This document shows, in pieces, positions 48,284 to 58,481 of a stretch of 64,000 nt of DNA. The notes below the pieces were generated by a model, which was not told the DNA's origin, did not search any database, and saw nothing but the letters and a program-made list of their open reading frames with translations. Source of the DNA: Patescibacteria group bacterium (GTDB taxonomy: Bacteria > Patescibacteriota > Microgenomatia > UBA8517). Every line of letters begins with the position of its first letter. The stretch's first letter is position 1. The stretch covers positions 148,549-212,548 of the forward strand of contig DATDRP010000003.1 in the NCBI GenBank assembly GCA_035291665.1, written 5' to 3'. Made by a program: the position numbers and the translations under genes.

Positions 48284-49576
48284 ATGATGGATAATACCGG
48301 CGACCAAAAAAATCCCGCCACGGCTGGTGCAAGCGGAAGCCCTGTTGGAAGTTCGTCCGCGGTTCCCGCTTCGTCTACCGCAAGTACAACCGGTAGTAGT
48401 TTCGGGTTGGGAAATACTGCAACTGTCGTTGACGATGCTTTCTCAACAGTATCTTCCGTAACGCCAACCCCCCCATCAACCGTCTCAGAACCGGCACCGG
48501 CAAATCCGTCACAAACTGTGCAAGTTCCGTCTTTTTCGGGTCAAAGTGCGTCGTCCGGAATGGCATCTGGCACTGTAATGACTGCTTCTGAGTTTACTTC
48601 CGCACCTTCTGCTGCAACTCCGGCATCTGCCTATCCAAGCACATTTGATCAGTCACCGCAAAACCTCACACCGCAAGTACCGGTCGGCGTATCTTCGGGA
48701 ACCGTACAAGATGTTTCAATGGGATCAGGTTTAGGCTCAACGAACATGTCAACCGACACTTCTTTCCAGACATCACCGGCTCCTCAGATGGCAACTCAAA
48801 GTGAATCTGTTACCCCAATATCCGGGCAACTGACTAATCCTATTGATCCTCCTCCGCCACCAGCCTCTTCGGAAGTCCCTCAGGTCGGAGGCAACTTGAA
48901 CGAAGTTATAACCTCGGGGAAGCCAAAAAAGAAATTTCCGGTTCTTTTATTTCTTATAATTCTTATATTGCTTGTTTTCGGTGCTGTCGGATATCTTGCA
49001 TACACCAATTTTGTTATGAAAAAAGAAGTTTCCCCTACAGCCAGTAATTCCAATAAAACCACTCTTCCGACTCCGACTCCCGGAATGTATGAAAACTTTA
49101 TTTCATTCAGGAGTACTCTTTTACCTTTGACTTTTATGGTCCCGTCAAATTGGAATGTTGAAGAAAATCAAAATGTTGAACTGGCAAACCAAAAGATGAT
49201 TCTGGCTCAATCGCCGGATTTTGCATATGAAGGAAGCGAAATTGCCAGCGGTTACGAGTTCCGGATAGGTCCGGTCAATGATTTATCAAAAAAATACGAT
49301 TCATTTGAAGCGTTTGTTGCTGAAGAAAATACGTCCGGTGATTACAATACCGTAACTTATAATAACATCAACTGGCTGAAAAAAGGTTCATCTGCAAAAA
49401 CAATTATTGAAACAACACCCGTGACTGTAACTATGTATTCAAATACCGCTCAAGCAGCCGACTCATTGTTGTTGTTTAATAAAATTCTCGAATCAATACA
49501 GTTGAGTCCGGGTACGGTAACGGGTCCGGTTACAACTCCCGGAGCGACCTCAACTCCATCAGCAACACCCCAGTAA
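48284..49576 (+). CDS. Ser/Thr/Pro-rich single-pass membrane protein
   Basis: Long low-complexity N-terminus, TM helix, PsbP-like C-domain ending FNKILESIQL. Confidence 0.75.
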   Translation: MMDNTGDQKNPATAGASGSPVGSSSAVPASSTASTTGSSFGLGNTATVVDDAFSTVSSVTPTPPSTVSEPAPANPSQTVQVPSFSGQSASSGMASGTVMTASEFTSAPSAATPASAYPSTFDQSPQNLTPQVPVGVSSGTVQDVSMGSGLGSTNMSTDTSFQTSPAPQMATQSESVTPISGQLTNPIDPPPPPASSEVPQVGGNLNEVITSGKPKKKFPVLLFLIILILLVFGAVGYLAYTNFVMKKEVSPTASNSNKTTLPTPTPGMYENFISFRSTLLPLTFMVPSNWNVEENQNVELANQKMILAQSPDFAYEGSEIASGYEFRIGPVNDLSKKYDSFEAFVAEENTSGDYNTVTYNNINWLKKGSSAKTIIETTPVTVTMYSNTAQAADSLLLFNKILESIQLSPGTVTGPVTTPGATSTPSATPQ

Positions 49577-49613
49577 CCCCCGGCTAAAAACAAAAGTAGT
49601 AGAATAGTTTTTA

Positions 49614-50819
49614 ATGTTAATGCGTCTTAACAAAATAATTAATTCAGAAAAACTTCAGTTGAAAATATTATTTTTCATATCGGCTGCGATCTTTACCCTT
49701 CACTTTGCAATCGTTAAGTCCTCACTCTATTCTGACATCCGATACTATTATCTGCAGGCGAGATCGGTAGTTATTGACCACGATCTTGATTTTGGAAATG
49801 AATTTCTCGATTTGGGACTTACCAACTCATTAGTACCGCTGGCTCGAAATCCCTATCCCGTTGGTACGGCGCTCTTTCTTATGCCGGCTTTGTTAACTGC
49901 GGATAACTTTGCAAGTACGTTTTCTTTTGCCAAAATTCCAACAAGCAATTATGGCTATAACATTCTTTATCAAATGTCGGCTTCGTTCGGAAATATATTC
50001 CTTACCGTTCTGGGGTATCTGGTACTTAAAAAAATTCTTGAAAATTATTTTTCAAAAAGCATTGCTTTTTATACGGCTGTTCTGATATTTTTCGGAACGA
50101 ACGTCTTTTTTTATTCTGCTGTCGAACCCTTAATGAGCCACTCGTTGTCTTTTTTTATATCTACGCTTTTTGTATATGTTTTTTTGATGCGAAGGGGAGG
50201 CTTTAATTACTACAAAATATTGGGTATTTTAGCGGGGGTTGCCGGACTAATACGCACCCAAGACTTACTTCTTATTACACTTCCACTGCTTCAAATAATT
50301 ATTTATTATCGAAAAAATACTGCCCTTGCAGTCACTTTCATCCTGCACCTTGCTGCTTGCTGCTTTTTGGCATTTTTACCTCAAATGCTTTATTGGAAAT
50401 ATTTTTATAATACTTTTTGGTATAGTCCATTCCTGGATGTCGGCTTTAATTTTTCCCAACCTCAAATATTTCATGTCCTTTTAAACACGCAAAATGGTGC
50501 ATTTACAATTACACCTGTTATAGCCTTATCAATACTTGGGCTTTTTATGGCGTACAAGAAAAATGTAATCTTAAATTCCTATATTCTTATATTCTTCTTA
50601 TTACAGCTTTACCTGGTTTCTTCCTGGAATGTTTATACCCAAGGCGGGTCTTTCGGAATAAGGATGTTGATTTCAACGCTTCCTTTGCTGTCGCTTGGAT
50701 TGGGACGGCTTTTGAGTATATTGAAAAAGAATTTTGGCGACAAGGGAGTATTGGGGCTCTCGGGTGGTTTTGTAATCCTTAATCAATTTTTAATCGTACG
50801 ATATCTTTTGTCTTTTTGA
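49614..50819 (+). CDS. GT-C type membrane glycosyltransferase
   Basis: SD..YY..RS...DHDLDF, YPVG, MSH, GGSFGIR; many TM helices. Confidence 0.75.
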   Translation: MLMRLNKIINSEKLQLKILFFISAAIFTLHFAIVKSSLYSDIRYYYLQARSVVIDHDLDFGNEFLDLGLTNSLVPLARNPYPVGTALFLMPALLTADNFASTFSFAKIPTSNYGYNILYQMSASFGNIFLTVLGYLVLKKILENYFSKSIAFYTAVLIFFGTNVFFYSAVEPLMSHSLSFFISTLFVYVFLMRRGGFNYYKILGILAGVAGLIRTQDLLLITLPLLQIIIYYRKNTALAVTFILHLAACCFLAFLPQMLYWKYFYNTFWYSPFLDVGFNFSQPQIFHVLLNTQNGAFTITPVIALSILGLFMAYKKNVILNSYILIFFLLQLYLVSSWNVYTQGGSFGIRMLISTLPLLSLGLGRLLSILKKNFGDKGVLGLSGGFVILNQFLIVRYLLSF

Positions 50820-52707
50820 CAATTGATTCTGCAGAAATTTCTTCATAATTCATGAGTTCATCGGTCTTACCGCTTCCGGGAATTTTCGTGACAGCCAATT
50901 TATATATAGGAACGTGTTTCATTTCCGCTAAAACTTCCAAAACTGCATCACCCAATCCACCGGTAGCGTAATGGTCTTCGACTGAAATTATTGCTTTTGT
51001 TTCTTTTGAAGCTTTAACAATCGTCTTCTTGTCGATCGGCTTTATCGAGTAGGCATCAATTATCCGAACGTGAATGCCATCCTTTTTCAGCATTTCATAT
51101 GCCTTCAAGGCTTCATGAACGGAAATGCCGGCTGCTACAACTGCTACCTTATCCAACTTGGATTCCTTCAAAACTCTGCTTCCACCAACCACAAATTCAT
51201 CCCTGTCTTTGTAAATAATCGGTTCCTTAACTTTAGTTATTCTTATGTAGCTCATGCCTTCCTCCTTATATGCAAGATCAACTATCTTCTCACATGCAAC
51301 CGCATCTCCGGGGCAAAATACTTTCGTATTTGGAAGCGTCCTAAAGATTGATACATCCTCAAGCCCCATCTGACTAGGTCCGTCTTCTCCTATCGACACC
51401 CCATAATGAGATCCGACTAGTACAATATGGTTACCTGATAAATGAGCAATTCTAATTTGGTCAAAGCTCCTGGTAAAAAAAGAAGCAAACGTAGAAACAA
51501 ACGGGACTTTTCCTCTTTCCGAAAGTCCCAAGGCTACTGAAACCATGTTCTGCTCCGCAATGAACATTTCCAAAAACCGGTCGGGGTGTTCACTGATCAC
51601 TTCTTCCGAGCGGGTTGAATTTTTCATGTCTGCATCCAGAACGATAACATCCTGGTAAATGCCGCATAAAGCAACAAGTCCATGGCCATACCCATCTCGA
51701 GTTGAGTACTCCTCGTTTCTTTTGTAATCATAATTTTGAATTTCAATTTGTGATTTTGATATTTGTCTCCGACTCTCGAGAATTTTTCCCGAACCAAGAG
51801 GTTCATGGAACCGGAGGTCCGACTCGGAGAGATTTATGATTTTTAAATTTAATTCCCCGGGTTTATTTAAAACAACCTTTATAGTTCTATCAACCGCTCC
51901 CAATTCCTGCAGTGCTTTGTCGGCATCTTCTTTTGAAAGGGCTTTTCCATGCCATCCGTTTTCATTCTCAATAAAACTGACTCCTTTACCTTTAACCGTC
52001 TTGGCAATAATAACAAAAGGAGATTCCCCCTTCGGTAGCTCCGATATAACATAATCATAAGCTTTACCAACTTCATCCAAATTATGTCCGTCTTCTAAGA
52101 CATAAGTCCTGAAGCCAAACGATCTGAATCTGTCTTCAATTTTTTTCAGGTCGTACCCGTAAATCGTCTGTTGGCTTTGCCCGAGACGGTTAACATCAAC
52201 AATGGCAACCAGATTATTCAGTTTGTAATAAGACGCAATCTCGCACGCCTCCCACACACTCCCTTCTGCAATCTCACCATCACCCAGTAAAACATAAGTT
52301 TTATATCCTAAATTTTCTATTTTTGCATTTATCGCCATCCCCACGCCCACAGAAAGACCTTGCCCCAGCGATCCGGTGGGGACTTCGGTATATCTAAAAC
52401 TTTTTGTCGGGTGACCCTCATATGGACTGCCGAATTTCCGAAGCGTCATTAATTCTTTTTCTGTAACACTTCCTGTTAGGGCGTAAAGTGAGTACAGAAG
52501 CGGTGCGGCATGACCTTTGGAGAAAATTAACCTGTCGTTGTTTGGATTGTCCGGATTAACCAAATCATAACTGTAATGTTTGGTAAAAAGTGCTGCCATT
52601 AACTCAACCGAGGATAAACACGACGTCAAATGACCCGACCCGGCTTCGGTTGTTGAAGTAATTAACCAATAGCGTAAAAGCTTACATACATCGCTAAAAT
52701 CTGACAT
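50779..52707 (-). CDS. tkt: Transketolase
   Basis: GSGH, SKGHAAP, TGSLGQG, GDGE, IAEQ, GEDGPSQ. Confidence 0.95.
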   Translation of the reverse strand: MSDFSDVCKLLRYWLITSTTEAGSGHLTSCLSSVELMAALFTKHYSYDLVNPDNPNNDRLIFSKGHAAPLLYSLYALTGSVTEKELMTLRKFGSPYEGHPTKSFRYTEVPTGSLGQGLSVGVGMAINAKIENLGYKTYVLLGDGEIAEGSVWEACEIASYYKLNNLVAIVDVNRLGQSQQTIYGYDLKKIEDRFRSFGFRTYVLEDGHNLDEVGKAYDYVISELPKGESPFVIIAKTVKGKGVSFIENENGWHGKALSKEDADKALQELGAVDRTIKVVLNKPGELNLKIINLSESDLRFHEPLGSGKILESRRQISKSQIEIQNYDYKRNEEYSTRDGYGHGLVALCGIYQDVIVLDADMKNSTRSEEVISEHPDRFLEMFIAEQNMVSVALGLSERGKVPFVSTFASFFTRSFDQIRIAHLSGNHIVLVGSHYGVSIGEDGPSQMGLEDVSIFRTLPNTKVFCPGDAVACEKIVDLAYKEEGMSYIRITKVKEPIIYKDRDEFVVGGSRVLKESKLDKVAVVAAGISVHEALKAYEMLKKDGIHVRIIDAYSIKPIDKKTIVKASKETKAIISVEDHYATGGLGDAVLEVLAEMKHVPIYKLAVTKIPGSGKTDELMNYEEISAESIVKKTKDIVRLKID

Positions 52708-52760
52708 ATTTTCATTATATTAAATGATTCGAATAAACACGAATAGTTCAAATAATTTAA

Positions 52761-52902
52761 GTCACCCAGCTGAGCTGGGTTTTGACCTAGCTTAGCTACT
52801 TGAGGTGTTCGCAATATTAACAATCTGCTGCTTCTGAAGCAGTAAGTCATAAGCACGCTCTGTTTCACAGAGCTAAGCTTGTGACTCCGTTCACTTTGTT
52901 CA
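52761..52902. repeat. Mosaic of short palindromes (REP/BIME-like)
   Basis: CCCAGC/GCTGGG, CTGCTTC/GAAGCAG, GCTCTGT/ACAGAGC inside AGTCATAAGC/GCTTGTGACT. Confidence 0.6.
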
Positions 52903-53532
52903 CTACGTCATGAAGGCTTTTTCACTACAAACTCGGCAGTGGGTGTGATCAATCTCCATTAGTTTCTTTTCAAACATTTCAATAGTTGGCAAAATATCCT
53001 TTTTATCCGTTACAATTTCAAAAACATCTAATTCCTGCTGACTGATGTTCATTGATCTTTTGAGACATTCAATAAGACCTGCCCATTTGTCTCCATATAA
53101 AATAAACGGCTTGTGATGACCATAGTAAAGCTTTGCCAAAACCCAGGCAGTCCCAAGTTCCGAAATAGTACCCGTTCCCCCCTGGAAAATAATATACAAA
53201 TCAGCATGTTCGATCAGTTTGAACATCCTTTCAATATAATTTGTTGTTTTTATCTCAACATCCGGAACGTTCCCGACATAACGGCCCTCAAAACCGGTAG
53301 CATTTTCGGGGTAAAATGTAACCGTTAACGTTTCTCCGCCTGAAGCTTCGGCTCCTTTGGTAGCTGCGTCCATCACACCAGGCCCTCCTCCGTTTACAAT
53401 CGTGTAGCCTTCCTGCGCAACCACTTTCGCAATATCGTATGCGCTCTTATAAAGCGCGCCGTTATGCGGGGCGTCTGCATCACCGAAAAAAGCTATATTT
53501 TTTATAAGAGGTCTTGGCAAGTGGTCTTCCAT
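52903..53532 (-). CDS. LOG family protein
   Basis: NGGGPGVMDA, ERM, GGTGTISE. Confidence 0.88.
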   Translation of the reverse strand: MEDHLPRPLIKNIAFFGDADAPHNGALYKSAYDIAKVVAQEGYTIVNGGGPGVMDAATKGAEASGGETLTVTFYPENATGFEGRYVGNVPDVEIKTTNYIERMFKLIEHADLYIIFQGGTGTISELGTAWVLAKLYYGHHKPFILYGDKWAGLIECLKRSMNISQQELDVFEIVTDKKDILPTIEMFEKKLMEIDHTHCRVCSEKAFMT

Positions 53533-53574
53533 ACTTAATTAGTAAATAGTTAAAAGTAAAAAGTGTCAAGTCTT

Positions 53575-54237
53575 TCAATACATTGCTTTGTAGAATTTCT
53601 CGAAATTCACTTCTATATCTTCCTCGATCAATCTCTTACCAATACTCACCTCATCAGCCCCGGATATTTTGAGCTGATTGATATTTTGAAGCGTTATTCC
53701 CCCGTCAATACAGATTGAAAATTTATATCCCGACTGGTTTTTCTTCTCCTTAAGTTCCCGGATTTTATTAAAGATTTGATTATTAAATTCCTGCCCGCCA
53801 TATCCGGCCGAATAGCTCATCAGAAGAATTACATCAAGTTGGGGTAAAACTTCCGGGTGGATTTCATGAATTTCCGTCGGAAAATCCAACGCCAACCCTA
53901 CCCCGAGATTCCATTGGTTAACTTTTTCAAAATAATTGAGTTGGTCCGGCATTTTCTCAACCTGTGCAATAATCCGGTCGGCTTTACCTTTCGCACATCT
54001 GTCCACCCACTCGGCCGGGTCCGTTACCATAAGGTGATAATCGATAGCAAATTTATTTTCGAGCTGTGACATTTCTTCAGGTTCGACAGTCTTTGTACCC
54101 AAAAAAGATCCATCGTTAATATCGATTTGGACTCTTTTGAGAGGAAATCCATGCGGAAGAATTACATCATTAAGCTTCTTGATATAATCCGCAAATTTTC
54201 CTTTATCATCTGTTAATACTGAGGGTATGATTTCCAT
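53575..54237 (-). CDS. rpe: Ribulose-phosphate 3-epimerase
   Basis: IIPSVL, QIDINDG, YHLMV, GYGGQ, IDGGI. Confidence 0.9.
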   Translation of the reverse strand: MEIIPSVLTDDKGKFADYIKKLNDVILPHGFPLKRVQIDINDGSFLGTKTVEPEEMSQLENKFAIDYHLMVTDPAEWVDRCAKGKADRIIAQVEKMPDQLNYFEKVNQWNLGVGLALDFPTEIHEIHPEVLPQLDVILLMSYSAGYGGQEFNNQIFNKIRELKEKKNQSGYKFSICIDGGITLQNINQLKISGADEVSIGKRLIEEDIEVNFEKFYKAMY

Positions 54238-54295
54238 AAAAAAGTGATATTGCGATACTAAGATTTTAGGATTTTAAGAAAATCCAATTTTACTT

Positions 54296-54778
54296 CTATA
54301 TATTAACCACCGACAGCTTCGCCTTAAACTTTTCCAGCTCTTCTTTTTGAACATCTTCGATGTGAACTTCAGGCCGCTTTTTACTTATTCCTAAAATCGC
54401 ATCGGCAACACTCATTTTTTGATAACGGATAAAATAGGATGCAACCATTGTCGGACTGCGGCCGTGTCCCTGACTGCAATGCACATAGATTATATTTCCG
54501 TTGCTGACGGCTTCATATATGATTGCGCTTCCAATCTTGAGCTGGTCATACGAGGGAGCTTCTTTATCCTTTACCGGAAGCCATGCGTAAATATTAATTT
54601 CGTCGGGGGGAATTTCTTTTGATTCCGCTTTCAAATTTATTTCTGCACAAACCCCCAGCTTTTTAAAATCCTCACCGTGTATTGGGCAGTAGCTCCCCCG
54701 GCAAAGGTCGCTCCCGATATAGATATTCGGGGTAATCATCGAATAATCAATTGTATGTGGGTGGACTGTATCTGACAT
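54296..54778 (-). CDS. Dual-specificity protein phosphatase family
   Basis: VHCSQGHGRS (HCx5R) P-loop. Confidence 0.9.
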   Translation of the reverse strand: MSDTVHPHTIDYSMITPNIYIGSDLCRGSYCPIHGEDFKKLGVCAEINLKAESKEIPPDEINIYAWLPVKDKEAPSYDQLKIGSAIIYEAVSNGNIIYVHCSQGHGRSPTMVASYFIRYQKMSVADAILGISKKRPEVHIEDVQKEELEKFKAKLSVVNI

Positions 54779-55887
54779 TATTCTGCGTGCGAAAGAGTAA
54801 TCGGATCGGTAGGGGCTTTCTCACTTCCAAGGGAGTTTCCGACTCTTAAGACTTGTTCAACCAACCTGTTTGCGTAGCCCCATTCATTATCGTACCATGC
54901 AAAAACCTTGACCAAATTACCGCCAACTACTTGAGTTAGCTCAAGATCAACGATTGCAGATTCACTTCGTCCGATGATATCGGAAGAAACCAGGGGTTCG
55001 CGCGAGACTGCCAAAATTCCCCTGAACAAGGCGTTCTCGTTTGCAGCTTTTTCCAAAGCGCTATTTACTTCATCAACAGTGGCATTTTTCTTCAGAAGAA
55101 GCGAGAAATCCGTTAAAGATCCTGTTGCTACAGGGACTCTCAAAGCTACACCGTCAAAAAGACCTTTCAGCTCAGGGATTGTTTCAGTTGTTGCGATAGC
55201 AGCTCCTGTTGAGGTGGGGACAATATTTTGTGCGGCTGCGCGGGCACGCCGTAAATCTTTATGCGATCCGTCCTGAAGATTCTGGTCGTCAGTGTATGCA
55301 TGGATTGTGGTCATCAGCGCTTTTTCTATTCCAAAGGCTGAGTGTAAAACCGATGCTACCGGAGCAATACAATTTGTCGTACAGCTTGCGTTTGATAATA
55401 CTTCACCTTCGCCTTTGTACTCATTAACCCCCAATACATAAGTTGAAACATTCTCTCCTTTGGCGGGTGCCGAAATGACAACTCTTTTTGCGCCACCTAC
55501 CGCGTGCTTTTTGGCATCCTCCTCTTTGGTAAAATGTCCCGTTGATTCAATTACAACATCAACACCATACTTTCCCCAGGGAATTTTTTCCGGATCACGC
55601 TGGGCAAGAACTGGAATCTTATAATCTTTTCCGGCAACTTTAAGATAACCAATCAATGGATCCTGATCTGTAACATCTTTCGGATCTTTAGTGTTTTCAC
55701 CGACGACATCAAATTCAAATTTACGGTACATTGTATCGTAATTTGTGATGTGCGCCCAACTGTCAACGTTCATTGAGCCGGAGGTGTTGATTGCAGAAAT
55801 CTCCATTTCTCTTGAGTGTTTTGAAAGCCAAATCCGAAAAGCAATTCTGCCAATCCTACCAAAGCCATTAATTCCCACTCTTACCAT
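54778..55887 (-). CDS. gap: Glyceraldehyde-3-phosphate dehydrogenase, type I
   Basis: GINGFGRIGR, ASCTTNC, WYDNEWGY. Confidence 0.97.
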   Translation of the reverse strand: MVRVGINGFGRIGRIAFRIWLSKHSREMEISAINTSGSMNVDSWAHITNYDTMYRKFEFDVVGENTKDPKDVTDQDPLIGYLKVAGKDYKIPVLAQRDPEKIPWGKYGVDVVIESTGHFTKEEDAKKHAVGGAKRVVISAPAKGENVSTYVLGVNEYKGEGEVLSNASCTTNCIAPVASVLHSAFGIEKALMTTIHAYTDDQNLQDGSHKDLRRARAAAQNIVPTSTGAAIATTETIPELKGLFDGVALRVPVATGSLTDFSLLLKKNATVDEVNSALEKAANENALFRGILAVSREPLVSSDIIGRSESAIVDLELTQVVGGNLVKVFAWYDNEWGYANRLVEQVLRVGNSLGSEKAPTDPITLSHAE

Positions 55888-55914
55888 ATAAACAGTATAT
55901 GTCCCGTCCAAAAG

Positions 55915-57102
55915 ATGGTCAACCTTTGTTTAAGAAGTTTTAGTTTAAGTAATTTAGTTATTTGGAATATAATTTCCGTAGTGAAAAGTAAAAATCCCGT
56001 CATATCAATCTTCACTTCCAACTGGGGACATGGAAGTATTGCACAAGCCGCAAAAAGCGCTCTTAAACCCCTTAAATATATAATTTATTTCAACCATATT
56101 CCGGCAAGTAAATTCTCAGCCCAAACGTATGTCCTTGGATATCAGCTTTTCCCATCACTTCATAGGATTCCTTTCATAGTCACCGGAAATAAATCAGTCC
56201 AAAAACTGCTGTCTTCTTACTTGAGTAAAAAATATATAAATAAAGTGGAAAAACACCTTCGGGATCAAAAGCCTGATATCGTGATAAATACTTACTTTGC
56301 TTTTAATTCCATCATTGAAAACTTTTCCAGGAAAAAAAGTTTTTTACTTATAAATATCGTTGCCGACCCCTGGACTTTCCATCAGCTGTCTGTCAGTAAA
56401 GAGGCATATAATTTTGTCTTTGACAAAAAATCATTTGAAACGTGCAAAAAAGAAGGCTTGGAAAGTAATAAATGCATTAAAAGCGGATGGTTTGTCAGGG
56501 AAAAATTTTCTGAAAATTATAATCAGGGAATTGTTCGGAAAAATCTCAGGTTTGAACCTGATATTCTTAATTTTTGCATAATCGGAGGCAGCGAAGGGGC
56601 ATATTCAATTCTGAAAGTAGTACCCGCTCTTATTGATGTAAAAAAACCGGTTCAGATTGTTTTCATATGCGGCAATAACAAACATCTTCTTAAGTCGGTC
56701 GGGATATTAAAGAAGATTTTTTCATCTGCCAAAAGCAGGGTAACAATTATTCCGATTGGATTTACCGATAGAATCGACGAATACATCAAAGCTTCGGACT
56801 TGGTGATCGGAAAAGCCGGACCGAATTTGTTATTTGAAACGGTGGCAACACATACTCCCTTTTTTGCCATCTCCCATATCGCAGGACAGGAAGACGGCAA
56901 TTTGGATATCATAAAAAAATATAAACTAGGTTTCGTCGAGGAAAAGCCAATTAAAGCTGCTTTACTTATCAGAAAAATCATCAATAACCCCAAAATACTT
57001 AACGGATTTGAAAATAACCTTATCAAAATGGCGGAATACAATAAAAACTCATACAAAATCCTTCAGAAATTTATTGAAGACAAGCGACAGAGATTGAGAT
57101 AG
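55915..57102 (+). CDS. MGDG synthase-like glycosyltransferase (GT28)
   Basis: WGHGS, GGSEG, ICGNN, IGKAGP, GQEDGN; start uncertain. Confidence 0.85.
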   Translation: MVNLCLRSFSLSNLVIWNIISVVKSKNPVISIFTSNWGHGSIAQAAKSALKPLKYIIYFNHIPASKFSAQTYVLGYQLFPSLHRIPFIVTGNKSVQKLLSSYLSKKYINKVEKHLRDQKPDIVINTYFAFNSIIENFSRKKSFLLINIVADPWTFHQLSVSKEAYNFVFDKKSFETCKKEGLESNKCIKSGWFVREKFSENYNQGIVRKNLRFEPDILNFCIIGGSEGAYSILKVVPALIDVKKPVQIVFICGNNKHLLKSVGILKKIFSSAKSRVTIIPIGFTDRIDEYIKASDLVIGKAGPNLLFETVATHTPFFAISHIAGQEDGNLDIIKKYKLGFVEEKPIKAALLIRKIINNPKILNGFENNLIKMAEYNKNSYKILQKFIEDKRQRLR

Positions 57103-57106
57103 AGAT

Positions 57107-57457
57107 TTATTTCCTGATAAGACCTGATAACATCCTGCAAATTTCATCAGCTAAATTATAAATTTCTCTTTTATTAAACTTACTCCAACTTATTAACTCT
57201 CTCATACTTAAGATGACTAAAATACTAATACATTCATAAACAGAACCTTTTGAAATATTAAAAAAATTTGAAGACTCCTTAACACCCCTCCTTCCTGCAC
57301 CTTCCGCAATGTTGTTTGGAACCGAAAGTCCAGCCCTTCGTAATTGATCACTAAAGGAAAATTGATAAGTCTTGGGTAGTGAGTCGGCAATTTCAATCAT
57401 TACATCCGCAAACTTAATAGCCTTCTCCCAAACATCCAATTTTTCAAACTTAAACAT
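57107..57457 (-). CDS. Four-helix-bundle protein (23S rRNA IVS protein/Avd-like family)
   Basis: FEKLDVW, DQLRRA..S...NIAEG, SKGS..E. Confidence 0.92.
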   Translation of the reverse strand: MFKFEKLDVWEKAIKFADVMIEIADSLPKTYQFSFSDQLRRAGLSVPNNIAEGAGRRGVKESSNFFNISKGSVYECISILVILSMRELISWSKFNKREIYNLADEICRMLSGLIRK

Positions 57458-57488
57458 GTACTTTCTCTCTCTGTCTCTGTCTCTAACT

Positions 57489-58481
57489 CTATCTCAATGC
57501 CTCTATCCCCGGAAGCGTTCTGTTCGCCAAAAACTCAAGCATCGCTCCACCGCCAACAGATATCCAATTGAACCCCCCGGGAAGATTTATTTCTTTTCCT
57601 TCTCTTAGACTTAAACTTTTACTTAAGACTTGAAGTGCCTTTTCAGTATCGCCTCCACCGGCTACTTTGAATGCATTTCCATTTTCAACAACTGCTTTGA
57701 AGACCGCCTCAGTCCCCTGTCTGTGGCCTTCGTCTTCGAATTTTCCCAGAGGTCCCGAAACAACAATTGTTCCTGCACTATCTAACTCTTTCTCAAATCT
57801 CTCGATTGTATGGAGTGTGATATCTTCTTTGTCGGGAGTGAGTTTCGCAATGATTAACTTTCCATCCTGCAGTGTTACAGGAGTGTCACGCTCTTCCTCC
57901 GAAAAATATTCAGGAAGTCTACCTCCGACGAGAATTTTATCGGCAAACTGTAAGAAATTTTTAATATACTCTTTTTTGTCCTCTTTTATACCACTTATTA
58001 CCATAACAACGGGTCTATTTGATCCTGAGCTTGCCGAAGGAAAAACTCTTTCCAAATTTTCAATTTCTTCCTTAAAACGCAAACCTATGCAAACAGGAAA
58101 GTTTTTAGACTTCATGAATTTTGGCAGTGCATTGACAGAAGTATATTCCCGATGAGACTCGGCAAAAGACTCATTAACAAACACGTCCCAGCCAACTGAA
58201 AGTTCTTCAGCCATCTCAGGACTGTTTTCCATTTCCCTATTATCGGCACGTATATCATAATTCACTTCCACTCCATCCCACCAAGAAGACATTTCCTTAA
58301 GTCCTTTGTGTCCAACTAATTTTATTTTTGTGGCACCGTGTTCTTTTAGATATGTAACTATCCCATCGGTTGCCTTACCCCTTGGAGATTCTTTACTTGT
58401 ATATTCCAGGTCTACCCGGGCAATCACTTTTTTCCCTGTAATATCCAAATCAGATATCTTTGGTAATTCACTCATATCCAT
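57489..58481 (-). CDS. pgk: Phosphoglycerate kinase, shortened and divergent
   Basis: GKKVIARVD, VNESFAESHR, GPLGKFE, AGGGDT, SVGGGAMLEFL, LPGIEAL. Confidence 0.88.
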   Translation of the reverse strand: MDMSELPKISDLDITGKKVIARVDLEYTSKESPRGKATDGIVTYLKEHGATKIKLVGHKGLKEMSSWWDGVEVNYDIRADNREMENSPEMAEELSVGWDVFVNESFAESHREYTSVNALPKFMKSKNFPVCIGLRFKEEIENLERVFPSASSGSNRPVVMVISGIKEDKKEYIKNFLQFADKILVGGRLPEYFSEEERDTPVTLQDGKLIIAKLTPDKEDITLHTIERFEKELDSAGTIVVSGPLGKFEDEGHRQGTEAVFKAVVENGNAFKVAGGGDTEKALQVLSKSLSLREGKEINLPGGFNWISVGGGAMLEFLANRTLPGIEALR

